Positions 1 through 7,789 of a stretch of 37,482 bases of DNA are shown one piece after another. This DNA comes from Archangiaceae bacterium (GTDB lineage Bacteria > Myxococcota > Myxococcia > Myxococcales > Myxococcaceae), in contig JAYVCD010000334.1 in assembly GCA_043750125.1 (NCBI GenBank), forward strand, positions 1 to 37,482. The letters run 5' to 3'. The position numbers were made by a program, and so were the translations under genes. How positions within the stretch are numbered: the stretch's first letter is position 1; each line of letters begins with the position of its first letter. The notes below the pieces were generated by a model, which was not told the DNA's origin, searched no databases, and saw nothing but the letters and a program-made list of their open reading frames with translations.

Positions 1-90
1 GGATTCTTCGTGGTGCCCGCGGACAACCGCACCAACACCGAGCGGATCTTCATCTACCGCTCGAGCGTGGAAAAAGTCGCGGTCGACTAA
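1..90 (+). CDS. 3' end of a hypothetical protein (DUF6982-like C-terminus), partial
   Basis: Frame 1 reads GFFVVPADNRTNTERIFIYRSSVEKVAVD* with GC-biased codons; TAA at 88-90. Confidence 0.6.
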   Translation, partial: GFFVVPADNRTNTERIFIYRSSVEKVAVD

Positions 91-437
91 GCGGCGGCAG
101 CAACGCCGTTGATGAACGCCTGCAGCGTCGTGTAATCGCTCGAGCCGATCTCTTCGGAGGAGAAGCTCACCCCAAGCCCTTGCAGAATCCCGCGCTTGTC
201 ACGATCGACGCGGGCAACATTTCCAACCAGGGTGCAAAACCGCGGTCCTTCGCTGTGCGGAAGAGCGAGCGCCACTCGAACTGGAGTTCCTTCCCGGGCC
301 GGTTCACGGGTCTTCAGGTACAGCCCTCCTTCCGACAGGTCCGCCACTGCGTCGCGAATGAATCGATTTCCGATTCGGCAATGGGCGGTGAGCACCACGG
401 GGACGCGTACGAAAACCCGCTTCTCCTGCTCCTGCAT
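87..437 (-). CDS. Single-domain PilZ protein
   Basis: RxxxR (RVFVR) and DxSxxG (DLSEGG) motifs; start re-picked at ATG 437 (MQEQEKR). Confidence 0.85.
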   Translation of the reverse strand: MQEQEKRVFVRVPVVLTAHCRIGNRFIRDAVADLSEGGLYLKTREPAREGTPVRVALALPHSEGPRFCTLVGNVARVDRDKRGILQGLGVSFSSEEIGSSDYTTLQAFINGVAAAA

Positions 438-594
438 TTGCTGCCTCCGGCCAAACCCTGGTGAACAACTCATCAACGCTGGAGCACGAAGGTCGGGCAT
501 TTGCCTACGTCGTGTCAACGGCAGATCCCAGGTGACTTGTTCTGGTTACATGGCACGGCGCGTCACGAATTTCAGGGGCTCTCTGCTCGACCTT

Positions 595-658
595 CCGGTG
601 CTGGCATCACCCGGTGCCGGCATCACCCGGTGCCGGCATCACCCGGTGCTGGCATCAC
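595..658. repeat. Tandem repeat, 4 x 16 bp CCGGTGCYGGCATCAC
   Basis: Units at 595-610, 611-626, 627-642 and 643-658 differ only at one C/T position; intergenic. Confidence 0.95.
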
Positions 659-691
659 TTAGGGTGCCGACTGGCCTGCCGGGAGGGCGGT

Positions 692-1399
692 TCAGTGAAG
701 GAAGCGATCCGAGTCGTTGGGCATATTGCGTTTGTCGCCCGAGACAACATTGAGATGATTGCGGCGCTTGTCGAGCTGCCTGCGCAATCGCCATGAATTG
801 AAGCGTTCCCAGGTGCCGCCAGGGAAGTTGAGCTTCACGAAGAGGAACGCCATCGCGATCCCGAACGCAGATGGAATGACCACCCAGATGCTGCTGAAAG
901 CGGCGTTTAGGACGACGAAGCCCACGCCGATCAACGCCAGCACATTGCCGGTGACCGGCATGCCCCAGAAGCCCGTCTGACGGGTGCCCCAGGACAGCCC
1001 ATAGGCGACCCAGAGCGCGCTGGTCATCACTGTCCCGCCCCCGAAGGTCATCATCGAAACCAAGGGGACGAATGGAGCCAGAGCCACGGTGAGCAGCGCC
1101 GAAATAATCGTGACGCCAAATGAGAACGTGAGCAGCTTTCGGGTGCCCCAGGTCTGCTCGAGCGAGCCTCCGATGCTCCAGAGAATCAGCGCACCGAAGA
1201 TCACCCCCATCGCGGTGGTCTCGACGAAGGCGTAGGTAAACACCTGCCACACCATCAGCCGGGACAGCACGTCGCCCGGATGCAGCGCCAGCATCGGAAG
1301 CACTGTCGCATACAGCAACGAGCCGACCACCAGCGCCACCGCCAGCTTCGCGGGCACAGTGCGAATCGGCGGGAGGCCGAATGAGGCGCGGCGGCTCAC
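692..1399 (-). CDS. Rhomboid-superfamily membrane protein (DUF1751/Derlin-like), probably non-catalytic
   Basis: About 6 hydrophobic segments; WQVFTY and GGSLEQTWG motifs; GTG 1399 overlaps the upstream TGA (GTGA). Confidence 0.75.
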   Translation of the reverse strand: MSRRASFGLPPIRTVPAKLAVALVVGSLLYATVLPMLALHPGDVLSRLMVWQVFTYAFVETTAMGVIFGALILWSIGGSLEQTWGTRKLLTFSFGVTIISALLTVALAPFVPLVSMMTFGGGTVMTSALWVAYGLSWGTRQTGFWGMPVTGNVLALIGVGFVVLNAAFSSIWVVIPSAFGIAMAFLFVKLNFPGGTWERFNSWRLRRQLDKRRNHLNVVSGDKRNMPNDSDRFLH

Positions 1400-1593
1400 T
1401 TGCCTTGAAAGAAAAGGGTGATCGAGAGGCAGTGAAATTCTTTGTCCGAGCTCTGGGTCACGATCTTGTCGACGATCTGAAGGTTCTGGCCATGCTCCTT
1501 CAGCCACTTGGTGATGTTCTCGCCCATCACCTCGCGATCCCGCGCGAGCGTCGTCGAGAAGACCTTCACGTAGGTGAATTGGGGTGTCGACAT
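1396..1593 (-). CDS. Small myxobacterial-type hypothetical protein (65 aa)
   Basis: VKVFSTTLARDRE...DKIVTQSSDKEFHCLSITLFF; globular composition; AGGAGAG upstream; 2 nt from the upstream stop. Confidence 0.85.
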   Translation of the reverse strand: MSTPQFTYVKVFSTTLARDREVMGENITKWLKEHGQNLQIVDKIVTQSSDKEFHCLSITLFFQGK

Positions 1594-1595
1594 GA

Positions 1596-2876
1596 TTAGG
1601 CCCTTGCTCTCCTGATGGGTTTCTTAACCGGCTTGTCCTTCGCCTGCCGCTTCCCTGCCGCGGGGGCTTTGATCAACTTCAAGATTTCCTTCTCGGACAA
1701 CGTCCACCCGGTCGACTTGGCGGTGCGCAAGATCTTCTGGCACAGCTCATCGGTCGCCGCGATGTGCCGCTGGGCCAGCCAGAAGCGCACGTTGCTCATC
1801 CCGCTCATGTGACCGATTTCGATCACCTGCTGACGCCCGAAATCGCCAGCCGGCACTCCAGAATACACCCGGTCTGCAAGCCAATCGTCACCCTTCGCCT
1901 TGGCCTTGATGATCGCCGCCGCATGAACGCCCGTCGCGGTGCGAAAGGCGTCCGCGCCAGACAGCGGGTAGTTGACCGGAATCGCAACTTTCGTCGCCGC
2001 CGAAACCTTCTCGACGTACCGGACCAGGTCGGTCAGGTCGTGATCGATCCACCCCAGCAGCTTGAGGTTCAGCAGCAGCAGGTCCATCGAGGTGTTTCCC
2101 ACCCGCTCGCCCACCCCAAGGCCACACGCGTGGAGCCGGTGCGCCCCTGCGTCGAGCGCCGCGATCGCATTGACCACCGCCAGCCCGCGGTCATTGTGGC
2201 CGTGCCAATCGATCGCAATCTCGGTGCCGGTCTCAGAAATCAATTCGCGGGTCCATTCGACCAGCGCCCGGGTCCCCACCGGAGTGGCGTGGCCGACGGT
2301 GTCACAGAGCACCAACCGCTTGGCGCCGTGATCAATCGCGCTGCGAAAGAGGACTTCCAGGTTCTGGGGCGAAGAGCGGGTGGTGTCCTCAGTGACGTAG
2401 GCCACTTCGAGCCCTTCCTTCACCGCAAAGTCGATCGCCGCAGCCGACGTCTGCTGAATGAAGTCGAGGGTCCAATTCTCGGCCCACTGTCGAATCGGAC
2501 TCGAGCCAATGAACGTGTAGAGGGTGATCTTCTGGCCCGACCGCTGCGAGGCCTCGGCTACCGGAGCGATGTCCGCCGCCACCGTTCGCGCCGCGCAGTT
2601 GGGCGCGAGCTTCAGCTTGTGCTTCTGAATGTATCTGGCCTGCAGCACCACGTCGTCGAACGCCCGCTTCCCCGCGCCAGGAAGTCCGATGTTGACCGAC
2701 CGAACGCCAATGCTGTCCATCAGTGACAGCAGCTCGAACTTGTCCTCGATGGACGGATCTACGACCGAAGGAGACTGCACTCCGTCGCGCAGCGTCTCGT
2801 CGTTGAGGTCGAAGGCGTGTTGTGGCTTTCGCCGCGCGTCGATCTCATTCCAGTCAAAGATGATCCCCTCGCGCAT
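1596..2876 (-). CDS. LeuA-family DRE-TIM acyl-CoA:2-oxoacid synthase (isopropylmalate/homocitrate/citramalate synthase-like), no C-terminal regulatory domain
   Basis: DETLRDGVQ, LCDTVG, HGHNDRGLA and GERVGN motifs; 426 aa from ATG 2876. Confidence 0.9.
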   Translation of the reverse strand: MREGIIFDWNEIDARRKPQHAFDLNDETLRDGVQSPSVVDPSIEDKFELLSLMDSIGVRSVNIGLPGAGKRAFDDVVLQARYIQKHKLKLAPNCAARTVAADIAPVAEASQRSGQKITLYTFIGSSPIRQWAENWTLDFIQQTSAAAIDFAVKEGLEVAYVTEDTTRSSPQNLEVLFRSAIDHGAKRLVLCDTVGHATPVGTRALVEWTRELISETGTEIAIDWHGHNDRGLAVVNAIAALDAGAHRLHACGLGVGERVGNTSMDLLLLNLKLLGWIDHDLTDLVRYVEKVSAATKVAIPVNYPLSGADAFRTATGVHAAAIIKAKAKGDDWLADRVYSGVPAGDFGRQQVIEIGHMSGMSNVRFWLAQRHIAATDELCQKILRTAKSTGWTLSEKEILKLIKAPAAGKRQAKDKPVKKPIRRARA

Positions 2877-2881
2877 GGGGG

Positions 2882-3103
2882 TCAGAACGTGCGTTTGGGA
2901 CCTGCACGGAAGTGCTCGCAGAGGCTCGGCTCTTTGCACGTCGGGCCAATGCCGTCGGCGTGCGCAAAGAACGGGGTCTTCTCAGACTCCTCCGTGCCGC
3001 ACAGCGAACACTTGCGCTTCTTGTTTTTCTTTTCCTGTCTGCGCAACTCGGCGATCTGCTTCGCCCGCTCGCGCAACGTCTTCGCGTCTGGAATTTCGCT
3101 CAT
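2882..3103 (-). CDS. Small basic putative zinc-binding protein (73 aa)
   Basis: KKNKKRKCSLCG...H...C-x5-C; AAGGA upstream; fills the gap between thiolase and LeuA genes. Confidence 0.7.
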   Translation of the reverse strand: MSEIPDAKTLRERAKQIAELRRQEKKNKKRKCSLCGTEESEKTPFFAHADGIGPTCKEPSLCEHFRAGPKRTF

Positions 3104-3124
3104 CGTGCGTGTCCTTAGCCCGGC

Positions 3125-4321
3125 TTAGACCGCTTCGACCAGCACTGCGATACCCTGGCCTCCGCCGATGCACGCGCTGCCGATGCCGTATTTCAGGCCC
3201 CGGCGCTTGAGCTCGTGCAGCAGATGGAGGGTGATTCGCGCGCCCGACGCACCCAGCGGGTGCCCGACGGCAATCGCACCGCCGTCGACATTCGTCTTTT
3301 CGCGGTCCAGGCCCAGCTCTTTCTCGACCGCCAGGTACTGGGGCGCGAAGGCCTCATTGACTTCGAAGAGGTGCACGTCGCCCAGCTTGATTTCCGCGCG
3401 CTCGAGCAACCGACGAATTGCTGGAGCCGGGCCGATGCCCATCGTCTTCGGATCACACCCGGCCGACGCCCAATTGAGCAGCTTGCCCATCGGCTTCAAC
3501 CCCTTCTTGTCAGCCCAGGTCCGGGTCGCCATCACCATGCTGGCAGCGCCATCACAGATGCCACTGGCCGCACCGGCGTGAACCACTCCGTCTTTCTTGA
3601 AGGCCTTGGGAAGTTTCTTCATTCCTTCCAGGCTGGCGTCAGGACGGTTGTGCTCGTCCTTCTCGAAGAGGGTGGTGCCCTTGCGGGTCTTGAGCTCGAC
3701 CGGACACAGCTCGGCGGCCAGGCGACCCCCTTCCTGCGCAGCGGCGAACCGCTTCTGGGAAAGCAAGGAGAACGCGTCGACCTCGTCCTGCGAAATCTTG
3801 TACTGCTCGGCGAGGTTCTCGGCCGTCATCCCCATCGGAATCCCGGCGTAGGTATCGGTGAGCCCACTCCAGAGCGAGTCTTCGAGCCCCCCCTTGCCCA
3901 GCGGAATCCCCCACCGCGCGCCGCGAATGATGTGGGGCGCCTGGGACATCGACTCGGTGCCGCCGGCGAGAACCACCGCTGCCTGCTCGGTGAGCATCAT
4001 CTCGGCGGCAGTGACGAAGGCTTGAAAGCCCGAGCCGCACAGCCGGTTGACGCCCAGCGCTCCGACCGGAATCGGAACCCCCGCGCGGAGCCCGACATGG
4101 CGCGGCAGGTAGATCGCATCGGCCGACGTCTGGATCACATTTCCGTAGACGACGTGCTGGATGTCCTCGGCAGAAACCTTGGCGGCAATCAACGCAGCCT
4201 TGGCGGACTCGACGGCGAGATCCGTTGCGGTGAGATCCTTGAGGGCGCCTCCAAAGGCACCGAAAGGAGTGCGCTTGCCTGCCAGAAACCAGATCTCTTC
4301 GCTCTTCGAAACGCTCTTCAT
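3125..4321 (-). CDS. Acetyl-CoA C-acetyltransferase (thiolase)
   Basis: NRLCGSG, NEAF, GHPLGASG and CIGGGQG motifs; GAGGA before ATG 4321. Confidence 0.95.
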   Translation of the reverse strand: MKSVSKSEEIWFLAGKRTPFGAFGGALKDLTATDLAVESAKAALIAAKVSAEDIQHVVYGNVIQTSADAIYLPRHVGLRAGVPIPVGALGVNRLCGSGFQAFVTAAEMMLTEQAAVVLAGGTESMSQAPHIIRGARWGIPLGKGGLEDSLWSGLTDTYAGIPMGMTAENLAEQYKISQDEVDAFSLLSQKRFAAAQEGGRLAAELCPVELKTRKGTTLFEKDEHNRPDASLEGMKKLPKAFKKDGVVHAGAASGICDGAASMVMATRTWADKKGLKPMGKLLNWASAGCDPKTMGIGPAPAIRRLLERAEIKLGDVHLFEVNEAFAPQYLAVEKELGLDREKTNVDGGAIAVGHPLGASGARITLHLLHELKRRGLKYGIGSACIGGGQGIAVLVEAV

Positions 4322-4346
4322 GGTGAAAATCCTCAACCGGAAATGA

Positions 4347-4997
4347 TCAGCCGCGACGGCCGAAAATGGCGGCCGCCACCATGCCAACTGTCCCTACTGT
4401 CCACAACAACCCAAGCGCGTTCTGTTGGCGCACTTCGACATTGCCCGGGCCCGCGAACCACGCCTTGGCCGCAGCGATGCGACCTGCCTGGGTGAATTCA
4501 CCGACCGGAACGCCCACCTCACCGACCCGCCGCAGGTGGGCGGTCAAAACGCGCGCGGCCGGAAAAGACTCGAGGCTTCCGGACAGATAGCGGCCCTTGA
4601 TTTCCCGCGCCGCGCGCCGGTGGTTGGCAGTGATGACGAAGCCCGCGCCTTCGGTCGGAGTGAGGAAGTACAGCTTCGCGCCGCCGTTGGTGCTGACGTA
4701 GAGCGTCGCGAAGCACGGCTCGGTAGGGTGGGAATAGTCGTAGCTGACCATCTGGGGGCCGAACCGGGGCTGCTCGAGGTGCGAGCCCAGGGACGTAAAC
4801 CGCAGCGCGCGCAGCTCGGCGTCGGCCCGTTCGAGCGCCTGGGGAAGCTTGCATTGCCCGGCCGGCGCATCGGCTTCGATGGTGATCGAGGTGGGCTTGA
4901 GGCACAGCCAGGCGCGCCAGAGATTTCCACGCAGCACCACGGCGATCACCCCGGCGCCCATCGTCCAGACGATCAGGGTTGCCCAGTTGATTTCCAC
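4347..4997 (-). CDS. Hypothetical membrane protein with N- and C-terminal hydrophobic helices
   Basis: 216-aa ORF 9 nt after the aconitase stop, co-directional. Confidence 0.7.
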   Translation of the reverse strand: MEINWATLIVWTMGAGVIAVVLRGNLWRAWLCLKPTSITIEADAPAGQCKLPQALERADAELRALRFTSLGSHLEQPRFGPQMVSYDYSHPTEPCFATLYVSTNGGAKLYFLTPTEGAGFVITANHRRAAREIKGRYLSGSLESFPAARVLTAHLRRVGEVGVPVGEFTQAGRIAAAKAWFAGPGNVEVRQQNALGLLWTVGTVGMVAAAIFGRRG

Positions 4998-5006
4998 GGG
5001 TGGCTC

Positions 5007-6977
5007 TTAGGCCGACAGCGCCTCGAAGACCTGTTTCCCGTGGCGTTTGATCGCCGGGACCAGGCCCCCTTCGCGCGCCAGCGCCTGGATGATCGCAGAA
5101 GGCACTTCAGCGCTGAAGCTCTGACCTTTGACGCTGACCGTGCCGGCCTTGAAATCGATGCTCACCAGAGCGTCTTCCTGGGCGAGTTCGTAGAAGACAG
5201 GATCTTTGACCACCAGGTAGCTGAGCGCTTCGTTGACGAGGTTGCGCTTGTGAATGAAGGCATAGCTTCGCGCGATGACCGCGTTGATTCCCGCTCCGAT
5301 CAGCGCCCACACCGCTTGTTCGCGCGAGCTGCCTGAGCCCCAGCCTTCGCCGGCCACGATCACGCTCTGGCCGTTTTTTGCCCGCGCATAAAATTCGGGC
5401 CGCACGTAGTGAAACGCCTTCTGCCCGAGCTCATCGAGCCCGGTGAGGTGGCAAAAAGCTCCGGGGATGATCGCGTCGGTGTCGACCGCATCGCCGAACC
5501 GCTGGACGCGCCCTTCGACTTGCTGCCCTTGCACCGCGCCCGCCCGGGCCGGGCTGGCGGAGCCCGTCGTCACGGCGACGGTGGGCTCGACGTTGCGCAC
5601 TTCAGGCAGTCGCTTGCTCGAGTCGCGGAAGAGCAGGCGGTCGTACCGCTGTTGATCAATCATCGCCAGGTACCCCCGGGGGTCGGCCAACTTCATCTCG
5701 ACCGAGGAAGCCGCCACGGTCGCAGCGCTCGAAAGCCACGCGAACGAGCCCTGTCCCATTCGGTTCTCGAAGTTGCGGTTCTGACTCGACAGCCAGGTCT
5801 CACCGGGCAGCGCTTTTTCCGAGGCGACCCCCAGGCACATCGAGCAACCGGGGAGCCCGATGCGAAAGCCGGCCTTCTCGTAGTGTTTCCACAAGTCGCC
5901 CTGTTTCATCCGGGCCTGAATGTTCTGGTCCCCGGGGACGACGAGCAGCTTGGAATTCGCCGGTCGCGCCGGACGGTCTTTGAACGCCTGCTCGAGGACG
6001 AGGGCGGCGAGCACCAGCTCTTCTTCGGTGGTGGTGCAGGCTCCGATGAAGCAGCCCTGCAGCGCGGTGCCGATCGCCTGCTCGACGGGCATCACGTTGT
6101 CGGGGCTGAAGGGCTTGGCGACCAGGGGGCCCAGCTTTTCAAGATCGATTCGGTAGCGATGCGCATAGGGGGCGTCATCGTCGGCGCGAAAGTACAGCGC
6201 GTCTTTGTTCTCGTCTTTGCGGTCGGCCAGCCAGCGGGCCACGGTGGGGTCGGCTTCGAAGATTCCGTTGAGCCCTCCGAATTCGGCGGTCATGTTGGCG
6301 ATGGTGAAGCGCAGGTCGGTCGACCAGCCCCGGGTGACCTCGCCGCGGTACTCGACGGTGCGTTCCATCGCCACGGTGTTGCGGCCCAGGTCTCCCAGGG
6401 TCTTCAAGATCACGTCTTTCCCGCCAATGCCAAACGGAAGCTTGCCGACGTAATCGACACAAATCGCTTCGGGCACTTCGATCCACGATTGGCCCAGCAC
6501 CATCGCGGCGGTGATGTCGGCTCCGCCCAGGCCGATGCTGACGGCGCCCAGGCCTCCGTGCGAGCTGGTGTGAGAATCGGCGCCGAGGACGACCTGCCCC
6601 GGCTGCACGAGGTCCCGGTAGAACTTGGTGTGCAAAATGGTGACGTTGGCATCGTAGAAGTGGCGAATCGCCTGTTCTTTGGCGAAGTCGCGCGACAGCT
6701 GGGTCAACTTCTGCGCCCGGGGATCCGTGGCCAGGGTGACGGGGTCGACGGTGTGATCGACGGCGAGAAAGAAGCGGTTCTTGTCGTGGATCGCGGGTCG
6801 CCCGAGCAGGGAATAAGTGCGATCCATGCCGTTCCAGGCCAGCTCGCTGGCAATGGTCCAGTCGACGGCGATCTGCAGAATGTCACCGGCCTCGACCCAC
6901 GGCCGGCTCAACCCTCGAGCGTGGTGGGCGAGGATCTTCTGCGTCAGCGTCATCGGCTTGCGGATCGGGGGACTCAT
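5007..6977 (-). CDS. Aconitase-family hydratase, fused large+small subunit (3-isopropylmalate dehydratase/homoaconitase-like)
   Basis: GADSHT, IGACT, PGCSMC (4Fe-4S ligands) and SQNRNF; C-terminal swivel domain with DTDAIIPG and GSGSSREQA. Confidence 0.92.
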   Translation of the reverse strand: MSPPIRKPMTLTQKILAHHARGLSRPWVEAGDILQIAVDWTIASELAWNGMDRTYSLLGRPAIHDKNRFFLAVDHTVDPVTLATDPRAQKLTQLSRDFAKEQAIRHFYDANVTILHTKFYRDLVQPGQVVLGADSHTSSHGGLGAVSIGLGGADITAAMVLGQSWIEVPEAICVDYVGKLPFGIGGKDVILKTLGDLGRNTVAMERTVEYRGEVTRGWSTDLRFTIANMTAEFGGLNGIFEADPTVARWLADRKDENKDALYFRADDDAPYAHRYRIDLEKLGPLVAKPFSPDNVMPVEQAIGTALQGCFIGACTTTEEELVLAALVLEQAFKDRPARPANSKLLVVPGDQNIQARMKQGDLWKHYEKAGFRIGLPGCSMCLGVASEKALPGETWLSSQNRNFENRMGQGSFAWLSSAATVAASSVEMKLADPRGYLAMIDQQRYDRLLFRDSSKRLPEVRNVEPTVAVTTGSASPARAGAVQGQQVEGRVQRFGDAVDTDAIIPGAFCHLTGLDELGQKAFHYVRPEFYARAKNGQSVIVAGEGWGSGSSREQAVWALIGAGINAVIARSYAFIHKRNLVNEALSYLVVKDPVFYELAQEDALVSIDFKAGTVSVKGQSFSAEVPSAIIQALAREGGLVPAIKRHGKQVFEALSA

Positions 6978-7157
6978 TTCGGCGTCGATATAACGCTTCG
7001 AGGGGCCCGGAACAGCAGCAGAGCGATCACGCGGTGCGTTGCGGCCTGTAAACAGGTTGGCCCGCGGTCAATTTCGTCGGAAGCTGCCAAAATGTCGCCC
7101 GTCTTCTGATCAGGCCGTCGTCACGCTATTTGCGCGAGGCGTGATATCGACCGAAAC

Positions 7158-7430
7158 GTGATGACCGAAACTGACCTCAAGACCGCATTGAAGCACCTGA
7201 TTGTCGAAACCCTTCGCCTCGAAGAAGTGAAGCCCGAAGGCATTCAGGACGAAGAGCCGCTGTTTTCTCCCACCGAGGGGTTGGGGCTGGACTCGCTGTC
7301 GGCGCTCGAGCTTCTCTCGGCCATCGAGTTCAAGTTCGGAGTGCGCTTCGACAGCGATGGCACCGCGAAGCAGCACTTCAAGAGCGTGAGCACGCTGGCG
7401 GCTTTCCTGATGCCCCAGCTGAAGAACTAA
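7158..7430 (+). CDS. Acyl carrier protein
   Basis: GLGLDSL phosphopantetheine site; about 90 aa; alternative start ATG 7161. Confidence 0.9.
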   Translation: MMTETDLKTALKHLIVETLRLEEVKPEGIQDEEPLFSPTEGLGLDSLSALELLSAIEFKFGVRFDSDGTAKQHFKSVSTLAAFLMPQLKN

Positions 7431-7780
7431 TGACCAAGCCCAACCTGCTGGGAGTGCTGTGGGTGCTGGCAGGCTGCGGAGGTCCGTTGAGTCAGGCGGC
7501 CGCGCGGGACGCCGCGGCCAGGCACATGTGCGACTGGTACCAGAAGTGTGGCGAGGTGGGGTCAGGCAAGACGTACGCGACGCGCGATGCGTGCGACGTG
7601 AAGGAGCGCAGCAACTGGGACAGTCAGTTTCCGCTCGCGAAGTGCGACGGAAAAGTGATCGCATCGGATCTCGACGTCTGCCTCAAGGCGATCGACTCGA
7701 CGGTCTGTGGCAATGGGCTCGACCTGCTGAACACCGTGTTCAACAAGTGCAACCAGGCTCAGGTCTGCAAGGGCACGTAA
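7430..7780 (+). CDS. Cys-rich lipoprotein (DUF6184-like)
   Basis: Lipobox LAGC plus 8 further Cys; TAATG overlap with the ACP stop. Confidence 0.8.
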   Translation: MTKPNLLGVLWVLAGCGGPLSQAAARDAAARHMCDWYQKCGEVGSGKTYATRDACDVKERSNWDSQFPLAKCDGKVIASDLDVCLKAIDSTVCGNGLDLLNTVFNKCNQAQVCKGT

Positions 7781-7789
7781 GGGCCCTCT

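Noticed and set aside
551..566. Sigma-54 promoter TGGCACG...
   Set aside because: No GC at the -12 position, and it points away from any plausible gene start.
595..658. CRISPR array
   Set aside because: The repeats are contiguous 16-mers with no spacers, and no cas genes are present.
614..796. 60-aa ORF over the repeat
   Set aside because: It translates the repeat plus antisense of the rhomboid-like gene; no RBS.
7046..7062. Myxobacterial LexA box
   Set aside because: It lacks the GTTCAG half-site; kept only as a generic palindrome.
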